In this document: positions 11,465 to 25,142 of the stretch, one piece after another
How positions within the stretch are numbered: the stretch's first letter is position 1
Layout of the letters: the number at the start of each line of letters is the position of its first letter
From: Felis catus
Lineage: Eukaryota
Length of the DNA: 64,000 bases
NCBI RefSeq assembly: GCF_018350175.1
Contig: NC_058373.1
Location: 103,170,001 to 103,234,000, forward strand
Reading direction: 5' to 3'
Translations under genes and position numbers: made by a program
The notes under the pieces: generated by a model
Told to the model about the DNA's origin: nothing
What the model saw: only the letters and a program-made list of their open reading frames with translations
Databases searched by the model: none

Positions 11465-14400
11465 TATTTGTTTTCTAACCAAACCCTTTCCGTACTGCAT
11501 ATTCTCATTAAACGCAGTGATAATAAACCTCACTCATTTAATGAGGTTACCAGTAAGGTTAATTTTTTTTTTTAATGTTTACAACTGATATGAACCTTTT
11601 GGGTGGAAAATTGCCTACGTATGTGCTTTACCCACTTATGTATTGTGTTCCTAATGTATTTCAAAAAAAAAAAAAACCAAAACAATGTGATCTCTAGGGA
11701 ATAAAAACATGCATCCTCCTATTTGCCTTCTTATTTGCCTGAACATATTGCAGTTAAATTCAAGAAAGTCTGGCGTTTATAATCCAAAATAATTCTAAGT
11801 TCATTTCTCTAGTTTTAAAGCCACTTTGTCAAGTTATTCTTCTTTCCTTGAGAAAAAGCTCTTTAATCCCGTTAGCTGTGGCACGCACTCCTGAAGGCTT
11901 TCTTTTTTCTTTTGCTATTGTTGATGAAAACGTAGGCTAGCATTTATATTTTGTTCATAGCTTGGAAAAGGGGCTTCAAGCCCTTGTGCTCTCAAGTAAA
12001 GGTCTGTTTGTGCTTAGATACTAATGTCGCTGCGCGTTGGTGTTTCCTTCCCTGTCTGCTGATCTTCCTGTTAGTATTGATTAAGCGAAAAGACCCGCAC
12101 AGCTTCCCTGCATCTCCTCACTAACAGGACCTAATACAAGGCGCTCCTGCAGCGGCACTGCTTTAGCTAATCCGAGAAGTATTGGCCAGCAGGAGTCCAG
12201 GAAAAGTGCCTTTTATTTGCTATTCTAAGTGTTAACTTAGACCAGATGCCAACTTGAAGGCTTTGATGAAATTGTTGGCTTAGTCCCTTCTGGAAGCTGG
12301 TGAAGCTTTATGCTGTACAGTTTCAACCTTCCTGTGAGGGCAGTTAAGCCTTTTTGGTCACAGACGTGGTGAGGTGCGTACGACCCAGAGTTTCTGAAAA
12401 CAAAACAAAACACAAACCGAAAACAACAACAAAAACCGTTCTTAACTAACAGGCGTCCTAAGATATCAGGGGGTAAAATACAAAAGGACAAATACAACAT
12501 CTTGATAGGTGATATTAGATATTATGTGGGGGAAAAGCAGACACTTGGAAGCCCTGCAGGAAAGTAATCCAATCAGGAGGTTCTGATAATGTAATAAACT
12601 GCACAAGGGTGAAACTTGTGGTTTACGCACACTGGAATGTCCTTCAGTTGAATTTATTGTCTTACAGTGGTTGTCTGCCCGTGTTCTACTGTTTTAAATA
12701 TTAAAAAATAACACAACTCACATTGTCCCCAGATGGGAGACAAAAGACACAAATCTTCATCACCTTAATAATTTGTGGGCCCTCCTTCCCACTACCTCCC
12801 CCGCCCCCAGGCTTCTAGTGGGCTATTGGTTGGAATTCCTGTCCCGCATAATGAAGCCTACAGACTTCGGGTTGTATAAGAAGTAAAACTGCTCCTCAAC
12901 AGTGCCAAGTATAGTTTAGCTATGGTGACAAGCCTGCGGGCTTCTTTAGCTCGAGGGGCCCCCCTGGAAGAGAAGAACCTGGCCCCGCTCTTAACCCATG
13001 CTTCAGGAACAGCTGTGGAGAGTTGCTCCTTCTCTGGGAGGTGGCGAGGAGGGCTGAGCAGGGGGCTTTCCCCTTAGCTGCTTCTCCGGGCTGCTGTGCA
13101 GTTTACTGACCGCAGGAGGCAGCAGGAACTTGGGGTCCCTTGCATGGTGTGGGAGGCTCCCAGGGGGCCCCAAGCCCCTGCCAGATGCTCGGTTGCAGCA
13201 GGAGTCAGAGGATGGACTATCATCTCCATCAGAGAAGTGGGGAAGTAGAGATGGCCACAGATCCAGTGACTCCTGTGAGCCTTCATAGCCAGGAAAGGAT
13301 TTTGAAGCTCAGGAATTTGAATCCGGATCTCAGATTCTCAGAAGCTTGTGTGTATTCCATTTCTCAAAGCCTGTAACTCACATCACATCATCACATCTGT
13401 AATAACTTTTGATAACCACCTGAAGGGTCATGTTAAGGGTGTAAGTCTTTGTATTTGTGTTAGGTTCTGAAGTTGTGATTATAATGAAAATTCTGGCGAG
13501 GCTTCCCAGGACCAGCTGGGAAGGGTGGACAATGGTGCTGGCGACAGCCCTGCAGGGAGCTGGCCCCTCCTCACTGCCTGACGGCTTTGCCTGCTAACCC
13601 TTCCCTTTCTGCTCCTCTCCTTCAGGCCCATGGAAAGGGCCAGAGGAGGCCTGCCCTTGTTTTTCCTGTTACCTCCATTCAGATCAAATTCAGACAATGG
13701 AGCTCTGCTCCTTGCCGAGAAGGGCTCTGCCTGGCCCCTTAAGTTCAATTCAAGTGAATCCTTCTCTGATCTAATTGTGTTTTTTTTTATCCACTTGAAG
13801 ACTCACCGTGTTAGTTAACGTGAATCACATACTCTTTGATTTTGCCTGGGTAATTACTTCACCCCAATTTCTCCTAGGGTTAAACCAGTGTTATGTGTCA
13901 TAGATTCTTGCAACTTAGATGTTAGCGACTAATCATTAATGCTAATCATTTAGCGTTCCTCCACTGATAAATTTGTAAATGCAGATTTTTTTTAAGGCAG
14001 ACCATTTATATTCAGGTAACATGGAATTAATCCTAAAAGCGGTATGCTAAAAATATGATTATGAAAAGAGTATTAATGAAAATATTGGAAGGAAAAATCA
14101 TCCATATGCTAATACTGTATTTTGCATAGTCACATCTGGTCATTATCCATGTACAAAAATATTTTATGTATTTCATTTTATACACGGTGTATATGCTACT
14201 TTATAAAGGATTAGCTAACTCACTTTCATTTTAAGAGAATTTGATTAATACTAGAAAAAGCATTTAGAGTAAGCCAAATCTATTTTTTCTTGATCAGAGC
14301 AGTTATGTGCTAATAGGTTATATAACACAAATTCTGTGGGGTTTTTTTCTTTTCTTTTCCTTTTTGAGGTGGGGGTTATTGCGGAATGAAGAAATGCCAT

Positions 14401-17400
14401 GTGATTTCTGAGGCGTTTGTTCTAAGGAAATATATGGGAGGAGAAGAAATACAGGGTCATTCACTGTTTGAGATCCTTAAAAGACCTCTGAAAGACCCAT
14501 AGTTATGCTAAGGGTATGACTGACTTCTGCAAATGAGTTTCTTAGGAGCCTAGAGAAAAGGCCACATTTAAGGACACTAAATTCTACCAGCGTGGCCCCG
14601 TCAAGCCCAAGGTGACTTACTTCCTTGCCCTTGGGGCCAAACTTCTGGCTTTTTTTCTTGAACTTTCTTCCTCTTTTACATCTCCCTTCCTCTGCCTGCT
14701 ACCTCCGGCTCACCTGATAGGATTTAGCTCAGGTGTCCCCTCTTGCATAATTCCCTCCCAGACTCCCTTTTCCTCCTGCCTGGAGCAGTTATTTCTGGTA
14801 AGCTCTCAGGACTTTCGTAAGGATCCTCCTCAGGCCCTGGCCTCACTCACCTGCACTCTGTCTCAGCACCTTGAGGAGGACGTGGCACTTCGTGGGTGGT
14901 GGAAGATATGGATGAACAGACACCGGCCTGGAAATGTGAGCATTCTCCTACAGGTGGCCTCTTCCCCCTTTTCTTTGCTCCCGGCTTGGGCTTTATAGAA
15001 AGGATTATTCATTTTGAAATAGACACTTAGCTTATTTCTGTTTCTTTAATTGGTTTCCAAAAAATATTCTCCTGTTTGCATCTCCCCAAGGTAAATTGCA
15101 AGGTTTCTAGGCTACATAAATATATTGGGTACTCACTGAAAATTGACTGTTTCAGCCCTGAAAGGAGATGGTGGTGAATTTAAAATTGTCCTTTTAAACT
15201 CTAAAAAAGATAAGGGGTTAAAGTGGAGGAGTATCGGGAGGTAGTCTGAAGCTGACACTAATTTCAGCTTTCAGTTTTAAATGATCTTCGTATGGAGTAT
15301 TAAAAAACCTCCCTTGCAAAATCAACAAATCCAAGAATATTTTGGCAGTGACAAATCTTTATTTTTACTCAAAATTAGTTGCTCTGGCTTCTTTTCCACT
15401 CTAAAGTCAGGGAAATATTCTCTGCATTATGTTTTCCTGATATATATCATAACTGGCTTTTGTCTGTAGGCTGGCTGGCTGTGTGCTTTTTCACCTGTAC
15501 CTTTAACTCTCCAGCTCCTCTCCTTTGATATTTTTTTTTTCTTTGAGAGCTTTATGCTTGTGGATGGGATGTCTGCTGTCTAGCCAATTTCAACATGTTC
15601 TTTTTTCATGTCCTTACAAACATATTTGTTGTTTGTTGACTTTTTTCCTCCATCACACCGCTTTGAGTACAGCTTGTTAAATATTTGGAGCAAGACAGCT
15701 GGGCTATTCTGGAAGCCAACTGGAGCTATTTTTTCATTTTCTTATATATTTAAAAAAAAAATCATTATCATGAGGAACCAGAGATCAAGTCATTAAGCAG
15801 GTCCTTTTTACTGGAGAGGGGTTGTGTATCGCAGCCCTCTTCTCGGGCTTGCTTTTTATTCTGCCTCCCTCTTCCTCACCTTGTCCAGTTTCCCACCCTG
15901 TGTGACTGAGTTTGTGGACTCCTCAAACGAATATTCATCTTTCTCCTGCAGACCGTAATAGATAATAAAATGTCTAAAATTTAGGTCATTCGTGGGATTT
16001 ACAATAAAAAGGGAATTGTGGTGATCCTAAAAGAAATTACATATTGGAGAGCAGTATGGTGGTCTAAATTACTCTGACTTAAGGTCCTTGTTCTTTGTGG
16101 GGTCTCGGCAACCCCAAAGCTGTATTCCAAGTATAAAGGATGCCTAGATCTGATTCTGGGAACACGTGTGCCCTCATGACTTTCCAAGTAGAAGGGAAAT
16201 GGTCTGTTTCTGTGTGCACAAGTCCTTGGGAGTGAGCTGCAGTCCATATGATTTGTGAATTGCGGTTTTGTAAAGTGGCTTAATGAATCTGTTCATCTAA
16301 TTTTGATTGGATTACAATAAGAGACTGTCTTATGGCATTTGCCTGATTAGTTTTGCTCTTTAGATTTTCTTTCTAGTGTATTATGGGCACCTGCTCTCAA
16401 TAAAAAATGATCCAGAAATTGCAGGTACTTTGTCCATATGAGAAATGTTCAGGGATGATAGTCCAGAGATTTTGGTGGAATGTTGGTGGTTGATGAGTCA
16501 GTTTATTACTGAGGATCTGTCTAAAGGAAGATTTCTCTGAGAGCTGACATTTTGGGCTTTGTATAATAAATATATTAGCTACACATGGTGACTATTACTA
16601 AATTGAAAACAGCCTTTGCTTTCTGATAGACTGTATTTCAAAAGCTGGAACTCGTGTCTGTTCTGGACCAGAAGTAACTGGGTTCAAAAAAAAAAAAATA
16701 ACAATATGCTGCATTTGCTGCTCACTAAGAACATTTAGCCAAGTATTTAACCTCAGCCTTATACTGAAAAGATCTGTTAAACAGAATGCTTCAGGAGTGG
16801 CATACTTACAGGCCATCGAGGTTTTAGGTTAACTGGTAGGTTAAGCAGAAATCTCTGAAGAGGACTGAAAAAAGCAATCACCATTCTGCTTTTCCAAATG
16901 CAATATGTGGAGTCTGGTTGACTCTTTTTTTTGATGGGTTAGGCTTGCCTTGTTGATCCTTTTGGACATTAGTAATCATTGAATAACACTGTAAATCTTA
17001 AAGGTAGAAACCGGGGCCCACGGGAAACCTCTGAAAATCCCTTGCTAACATTTTATCCTATAAATAAAAAATTGTGTTAGCGATAATTCGGCTTTCTGTA
17101 AAGGTGGATTGCAGGGAAGGCATTTGTGTTGCCCAAGAGATGCACTGGTGCACTAAGGTTCTGCCCATTTGGGTTTTTGAATATCTCCTGGGGGTGTCTT
17201 AGACTGTTGGGGGTCCATAGCTTCTTTGGTTCTGCCCAGAGGCTCTGGATTTAGGTAGCGTGGCAACAAAATAAATATGTTTGCCAGGGGAGCGTATAAT
17301 TTAGAAGCAACCCTGCTAACTGCCAATTTATATTTTTAACCTTTTAAACTGGTGGTTTCTCTTAAAGCATTAGGCTGTTGAGAAGGAGGTAAAATCAAGG

Positions 17401-18232
17401 TTTCAGCTGTGGAGAATCAGGACCAGAGCAACGCGCTAGAGATGCCCGATGTGATCTATCATTCCCCAGGGCAGCTCAGTTAGTGGAATGCCTTTTGTTT
17501 AAGTAAGAATAAAAATAATTGACTACTTCAGCCCACTGACCTTGGTAATTGTGACATCCTCTGATGTAATTTATTGAGTGCCAAGTGTTTTTAATTGACG
17601 TATAAAGCATGGAATTTATACAGGACACCTGCCAATGGTCTCTGAAGTTGAATGGGTGCCTTTCTTGTTCTTGTCTTTTCCTTCTCCTCCCCACCCCCTC
17701 TTCTCCCTCCTCTTGTACGTGCGCACTCTGAGATCATTCTTTTACTGGGAGACCTTGGCAGTTTGCCTTGGGCAACTTCCTCTAAGAGTGTCACGTGAAG
17801 AACCCACCGGTGTAGAGTTCGTTTTTGTTCCAGCTCCCCCTTGGAAAGCCGCTTCACTCTTCTTCTGGAAAGGGGTGACCAATTATGTTGGGCTGGCCCT
17901 ACAGCCCCTGGGAAGGTTTGGTGGGGTGTCAGCATAATAACAAAGTGAATTTCACCCGTTCAGTAAGAAGAAACTTGTTTTCATTCACCTACTGCTCTAG
18001 AGGTGAGGGCATCAAGCACACTGTGAGGAGTCTAGGATGGGGTTAGTAACCTCTTTCAAAAAGTAGCTCATGGCTTCTCATTAACATAAGAATCTCACAG
18101 TAACTTTGCTTTCCTTGGGAGACCCTGTTAGGTGTGCATAGTAAGGTGATTTTCTCAACTTGAAATTTGAAAAACTTCTTTTCTGTCATTGGAGTGGGTA
18201 ATAGAAAAACTTTTGGAGCCACGTGACAAGTA

Positions 18233-18448
18233 CAGTAAAACCTTGGATTGCAAGTAATTTTTTCTGCAAGATGAGAAAACATTTGTAATTTTAACTTGAT
18301 GAACGAGCGAGGTCTTGCAATATGAGTAGTACATGATGCTGAACATCACATGTGCCCATGGTTCTTGAAATTCACTTTCCTATACAAGTGCTTTGGATTA
18401 CAAGCTTGTTTCTGGAACGAATTATGCTTGCAAACCAAGGTTTTACTA
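18233..18448 (+). mobile_element. MITE / non-autonomous Tc1-mariner (Tigger/pogo-type) DNA transposon, 216 bp
   Basis: TA flanks at 18231-18232 and 18449-18450. Left end CAGTAAAACCTTGGATTGCAAG; right end is the reverse complement of TAGTAAAACCTTGGTTTGCAAG. Homologous to both ends of 35194-35828. Confidence 0.9.
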
Positions 18449-20543
18449 TAATTGCCTGGTATCTGGATCAAAGCGGGGGAGAAGAATGAAAACCTACACT
18501 GCCTAGAGTTTAATGGGCCGTTGGTCTGTGGCGAGGATGGCACTTTTTTTTTCCAGGTTCCCTCTAGGGTATCCTGACCCTGGTTCCTTGTCACCTACAG
18601 AATGTTGCTGTTCTGAATGTCTCAGGTTCGATTCTAATGCCGTGTAGAAAAGGTGTTTGTGTACGCTTCCCCCTTGTAGAGTATTTAGCAGTATAATTGA
18701 TGAAAAACGACTACTTACACGTATCATGTGTGATCTCTCACTCTATCATCAGTTGCTTCACCAAGACTGTGATTGAATCTGGGGCTGATGGTTTGGATTT
18801 AAGATCTTAAACTCTTCTGAGTTTAAGTTGCTAGTGTGCTTTATTGAGAGAGTTAAACAGATTCATCTTTGCAGAAGAGTTCAGAGACCTTGAGGAGAGG
18901 TGCTTAGATCATTCTCCTACAAATGTTACTTGATGCCATACATGTCAGTCTTGAAGTGGGGGATAACAAGCTGATCTGCACTGGGCTGCAGTTTCCTGCC
19001 TACCATCTGTTCTTGACCTGTGCAGTTTCCAGGAGGCTCCAGGATGTGTTCTTCTGGAGGGCAGCCTTTGCTGCAGACAGCTGCCAGGGGGGAGGCTGCT
19101 GGGACCTTACGTGCTCCTGACCCCAGGAGCAGCCAGCCCCGTGCCCCGCCCTGCTCCCCAGCTGGGTCTGGTCTCCCAGGTAGCCTGTCTCTGCTCTGTG
19201 CTCACCAGAGCATTATAATGCCCAGAAAATTGCTTTCTCCAAGAAGGGACTGTTTTTGTTCGGAGTAGTCCTTTTTCATGAGGAGGTAAAAGTAACTTTC
19301 AGGAGTATTCTTTGAAATTGTACACACAGTTGGTAAAAAGTGCTGAGTCCCAAAAGAGACGGTGTATTTTTACATAGGCTTTGACACAAAGCATCTTATG
19401 TTTGGAGTTTCAGTCCTGCCATAGAAATAGCAAAGGCATTTTTCAGGCATTGAACATTTTCTCTTTTTGGAATCATCTGCAACTTTTTAATCCAATCAAA
19501 GTGTAGGAGGTTCTGTGTTTCTTCTTGTCTTTCAAAGACTGAAAAATATTCACGAATTCTATAATATCTGTCCAGGAAAAGACTATGAGATGGCAGTTGC
19601 TTAATAGGAATATCATATTATAGGGCATTTACAAATTTGAATCTGTAAAGCTCTGACTTAAACTTTGTAAAGTGATCTACTTGGCACACTTAAAAAGTCC
19701 TCTTTATTGGACAGGTGTGAATAATGATGGAATAACATTGTAAAGATTTCCTCCCCTAAGTTAATAACATTTATTTTATTTCCTACTAATTTGTGGCCTA
19801 ACTAAAAGAGAGAGTGAGCAAATTGTTTTTGCCATATTGTCCCTCTAGGAATGTCTAGATTGTTCATTTATGCAACTTGTTTGAAGTTTTAGTAGATGAT
19901 TATGGAAACACTTAGTTCATGTTGAAACAATGATTTCTCCTGTGTTGTTGGTTTGTTTTCTCAGGTGCTTTTTCCCTAGCCTGGTTTTCACTTCTTTCCT
20001 GCTGACAAAGTTGATAAACATGTGGGGGGGAGGGCCCTGGTAGAGGGGTGGGGGTGGGATAGGGGTTACAAAAGTAACTCAAGTTGGTCTGCCTACAGGG
20101 AGCCGGAGGGATTTGGGGAAGGTAGGCCACAGGATTGCAGGAACAGCTGGGTAGAGGTGGACTCCTTGGCTAAACCACAGAATCCTCAATTATCTGACTG
20201 TACTCCTTGCTTCTCTGACACCCTAAGCGATAGGGCCTTCCATACCCAGTCATTTTTCTGGGTTTGGTGCTGGCTGGTGCAGGATGAGAGAGGTAACAAA
20301 GGGTGACAGATGGGCCAGGGAAGGCAGAGTGGGAGGGGAGAGGGCGAGAGGAGAGCACCCGGGGGTTGCCGTGCAGAGTGGGATTAAAATGTACTGGGTT
20401 TTCTTTGTATTTGGTAGTTTCGAGATTTAGTTGTCTCAGAGTACTTATGAAACTGTATTGAAACTTGGTCTATCTGTATTTTGTATGCAAGTGCTTATTC
20501 TCTAAGCGGACCCTGTATTTTATGGTTAGTGCCATTAAAGTTC

Positions 20544-20733
20544 TCCCCCCCCCACCCCCTAAGTTTGTTTTGAGAGAGCGTGCTGGCGTGTGCACTTGGG
20601 AGAGGCGCAGAGAGCGAGAATCCCAAGCAGGCTGTGCACTGCCAGCAGAGTCCAACCTCATGAACCCTGAGATCATGACCTGAGCTGGAACCAAGAGTCA
20701 GATGCTTAACCAACTGAGCCAACCAGGTGCCCC
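20544..20733 (-). mobile_element. Can-SINE (older subfamily)
   Basis: SINE body ending aaccaggtgcccc. TSD taaagttc at 20536-20543 and 20734-20741. Confidence 0.88.
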
Positions 20734-22369
20734 TAAAGTTCATTTTTACTGAGCCAACTCCTTTTCCCCTATCTGTTCCTCCTTTCCCTTTGTTCACCAT
20801 TCCTTTTTGTCCTCTCTGTGGGTATGATTATAGTTTGCTTTATATTTTTAAATCCTAGATGTACTTTTGAGCCTGAAGGCCTTTTTGTGTGTACTTTTGT
20901 TTTTTTAATACTTCCTGCCTTTTATGTTTCAGCTTGCCGTTCTTCGATGTTGCAAATTTTTTTTTTTAAGTTAGTTTTAAAGTTTTCTAGGAATGTAATT
21001 CTGGTAACCATTGAGCCTCCACTAGTACAGATGAAGAACGGAAAAACTAGAGCTAATAGGGACAGTGATCCTATCCTACACCTCTCCCATTTAGCAGGTT
21101 TTCTAGCTGTGAAAATCAGGGTCCTTTCTTTGGAAAGGGTGGTACACACCAACTTCCTTATTAAAAAGGAGAGGTGGGGTTTTCATATTCTAGGCTTGTC
21201 ATTGGTAGGGCAATTCACTGCTGTGTAAATTGGCTTTCATCAAAAATGTCTGTCTGAAAATGGGCCTTTCTTTCTTCCCCCTCCTTGTCTTTCTTCCCTT
21301 GTGAACATGTTAGCGCATGTCTGAATGAAATGAAAATGCAGCCCCGTTGATGATGGCTAAATCATGCATCATGCCTCAAACATGTGAGGTGACTTTACAG
21401 AACTGATTCATCTTTCCCATTAATATCTTTGGGACTTGTAAAGAATAGTCAGGAACACTCCTGCCCTGCAAAACACACATAAACTCCTTCCTGCAATTCC
21501 AGATTTCCATTTAAAATAATTTAAAATAGTACCAGTGGTTGCTTTAAATAAACTGTTTTGACGTATTCTTGTTAGGTGCAAATCTAATTTTTCAACGGTG
21601 GTAAAAGCAACAGCAAATACAACAGGACTGTATCTTTGTAGTGATGTCTAAAAAGAAAAGCATGTGAAATTTAAGCAAATCTTCGAAAATGACTCCTTTG
21701 AAGTTATGAACGTTTCTAAGTAAAGATTATTATATTAAAGGGTTATGTGCAGACACAGCACAGCCCTCAAAGATCGCTAACCTTCAAGAGGCTCTTTGTC
21801 AACCTCTCCTTATCAAATGACCGCAGGAAAAGAGAATGTTCAAGGCTTAAAATTTTAGTTTTTAACTCGATGCCAAGGACTCAGGTGTATTTTCAGTTGG
21901 AAATTTTGGTTCAGTTGCAAGACAGGAAAAAAAAAAATGATGCTAGAACTGGAGTGGATAGGGTCTAGTGGACAAATGGGGAGTTGATTTCTTACCAGGA
22001 TATGACCGTTCTTCCGTAGGCATGGGAGGGAAGGCCAGGAGAATGGGCAGATGCTTGGAGCTTGGCAGGGTTGCTGGCCAGAGCATGCGGAAGTTGACCC
22101 ACCAGCTGAGTGTCTTATTTCTGTCTCTTTCCCTTTGTACCTTACTGTTGAGTTGTCCTGTCCACTGAAAAGCACATTACTTCAGTAATATAAAAACTAT
22201 ATAGTCGTGTCTGATTTGGTTGGAGCCCAAGGGCTGCTGGCAAGGCTTGGGCCCTCAGGCTAGGATGGCACTTTACGGTACGGACTCTTTCCTTGTGAAT
22301 CTGGGCTTCTCTTGGATGGGATAAAAGTAAACGTGTTTTGTTTGGTTGGTTTTCTTCCAGTTTTGAGAC

Positions 22370-22470
22370 CATTCACATTCAGTGCTGTAAGTTTAAGGTA
22401 TACAGAATAATCCCTTGACTTTCCCTATACTGCAAAATGATTACCACAGTAAGTTCAGTTAATGCCTGTC
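22370..22470 (-). mobile_element. Short L1 3'-end fragment (L1MA-like)
   Basis: gtaagtttaaggtatacag...tatactgcaaaatgattaccacagtaagtt is the reverse of the 3' end seen at about 62880-62950. Confidence 0.55.
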
Positions 22471-23068
22471 CTCTCTTTGAAAAGCATAACTTGTTTCTAT
22501 TAGTGTGAGAGTGATCATCTGATTGAGAAACGAGAAAATTTAACACTTCTCAGGCATTGTCTACTATGCGTATTGATCTGGAAAACTAAATGTGGAGTAG
22601 CTGTTAGACCGGAGTCTTGCGTGAGCCCTCAGTGAATGTATGTGAGGACGGGCTGGTGTGTGAATGGCCACTTAGGCAAATAAACACCCATTTCTCTTCG
22701 GTTAAGATTTTTCTGAGGTGGAATTTGCTTCAGTCTTTAGGAGGTAATTTGATCCATGGACCACATTCATGGATTTGAAGTATTTTATTACAAGGAAGAT
22801 GCTTTATAGCATTGTATCAAGGCATTGGCAAAGCTTAAAACAAATGCAGGGCATATTGCCCATAGCCATTCGGTACAGGATCAGCATAGTTCTGACCTTT
22901 TCCAGTTCCAGAGAGTTCTTTCATGAACAATGATCTCTAACTTTAACATGACCTTGCCCATCCTTTATCAGTGGCCCTTTGAAATAAGAAGTAGCTGGGG
23001 GCTCATGAGCAGAACTTCACGTATTGATAGTGGTCTCTGTTCTACCTTTAAAATTTTTGCTCACACTT

Positions 23069-23284
23069 TTTTTTTTTTTTTTTTTCAACGTTTATTTTTG
23101 GGACAGCGAGAGACCGAGCATGAACGGGGGAGGGGCAGAGAGAGAGGGAGACACAGAATCGGAAACAGGCTCCAGGCTCTGAGCCATCAGCCCAGAGCCT
23201 GACGCGGGGCTCGAACTCACGGACCGCGAGATCGTGACCTGGCTGAAGTCGGACGCTTAACCGACTGCACCACCCAGGCGCCCC
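23069..23284 (-). mobile_element. Young SINEC_Fc
   Basis: CpG-rich, near-consensus body with a poly(T) tail on +. TSD tcacactt at 23061-23068 and 23285-23292. Confidence 0.96.
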
Positions 23285-23753
23285 TCACACTTCTAAGTTA
23301 AAATAAATTCAAGTTTTCCTCAGGAAAATAATCAATAAATTACCTATTTACAGATCTGTGGGGTGAAATTGGGACATGCTACATCTTGAGTGCTGGAATT
23401 TGTGACGGGCTTTGTCCCACCCCCTTCACTGCCTGCGACTATGTGGGGCTTTGGCCAGAAATTTGCCCCCTTTTACCAGTGATTGTCCTCCAGTGTCTCA
23501 CAGTAAATTTTCAGAGCATTAGGAATTTAATGCCTAAAAGCGATAACTTCTCTACTAACTTGGAACTGCTTGCCAACAGATACTAGACTTCAGAAATCTT
23601 TGGAGTATGTTTCATATAGAGCCATTTCCTCCAAAATAGGAAAGAAATTTCTGTTCTTTTCCTGAATACTATTCTTAGAAGAAAGGGTTACAATAGGAAA
23701 TCTCAAGGTTACTGGAAACGTACAGATAGAGCAGTGGCAAATTGAGGTAACTC

Positions 23754-23954
23754 TTTTTTTTTTTTTTTTTTTTAGTGTTTATTTATTTTTGAGAGTGGGA
23801 GTGGGAGAGGGGCAGAGAGAGAGGGAGACAGAGGATCTGGAGTGGGCTCTGTGCTGACAGCAGAGAGTCCCATGTGGGGCTTGAACTCACGAACAGCGAA
23901 ATCATGACCTGATCGAAGTCAGGCGCTCAACTCGCTGAGCCACCCAGGTGCCTC
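23754..23954 (-). mobile_element. Can-SINE
   Basis: Poly(T), then gggcagagagagagggagacagagg...gagccacccaggtgcctc. Confidence 0.92.
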
Positions 23955-24913
23955 CTCAGGTTTGTTTTTTGTGTTTTTTGTGTTTTTTTTTAAACCAAGT
24001 AATTTCCTTTTGTTAAGGCAGCTTTAACCTGTTGACTGTTGAAGATGTGGACAACAGACCTGTATGAATGGGGAAAGACAACACTCACAGGTTCCGCCAC
24101 ATGTGGAGACTTCCGCCACCCCCATCCCTTCCTGCCCCTCCGCCAGGCATGCCTACACAGCGGTGGGAGGGCCAGCATGGATCGGATCGTGCATGTCCCC
24201 ACGACCGCTTATGCTGTTCAGTGACTTTCTTGGGCCCTGGCGATCTGGCATATGCTTACGTGTTCTCTCTCCCACCCAGAGTCTGTCACAACATCCTGTT
24301 TCCTTTATAGACCATATCCTTGTTGATAGTCATTTTACAGCTGTTTACTGGGTTTTTGTCTATTTCTCACCAGAATGTGAGCTCTCAGAAGTGGGAGGCC
24401 CGTGTCACAGTAGTATCCTATAGCTGGCAAGTGCCTGGAATATTTTTGGGGGCTCAGAAATTTATCAAGGGATGAATGCGTGAATCTTTCAGACCCTTCT
24501 CTTTGCACACTTATAAAGACGTAATTACATATATGTCTTTTACAAAATTCTCAGTTCAATTTCTTTTTTTTTTAAACAGATCAGTACTGTACAGTTTTTT
24601 TTCTCATTTCAAATAAAGAGGTTGAGATTATAATGGCATATTTTTTTAAAGTAACAGTTGACAATTTTTAGCAAAAATAGGAGTACAATCTTTTTAAATT
24701 AGATCTAGACTACTGCTATATTTAAAACTTTTTAAAAATGTGGAGCCAGATTTAGATTTAGATTTTTTTTAAACTGCAGCTCTTTTTTTCTTTGAATAAT
24801 TTTAATTTTACGCACAAACTGCAGAAACTGTACAGAGAGTACATGAACATCTTTCACCCTGCTTCCTCCAGTGTTACCATGACCATAGAAAAATCATTAA
24901 AAACCAGGAAATT

Positions 24914-25058
24914 GGGGTGCCTGTGTGACTCAGTCATTTAAGCGTCCCTCTCTTGATTTCAGCTCAGGTCATGGTCTTGCGGTTTGAGTTTGAGCCCCTC
25001 ATTGGGCTCTACACTGGCAGTACGGAGCCTGCTTGGGATTCTCTCTGCCTCTCTCCTG

Positions 25059-25094
<36 letters not shown>

Positions 25095-25142
25095 CTATCT
25101 TTCTCTCTCTCTCTCTCTCAAAATAAATAAATTTAAAAAAAA
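24914..25142 (+). mobile_element. Can-SINE with an internal (CA)n/(CT)n microsatellite
   Basis: ggggtgcctgtgtgactcagtc start. TSD aaaaaccaggaaat at about 24899-24912 and 25143-25156. Confidence 0.92.
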
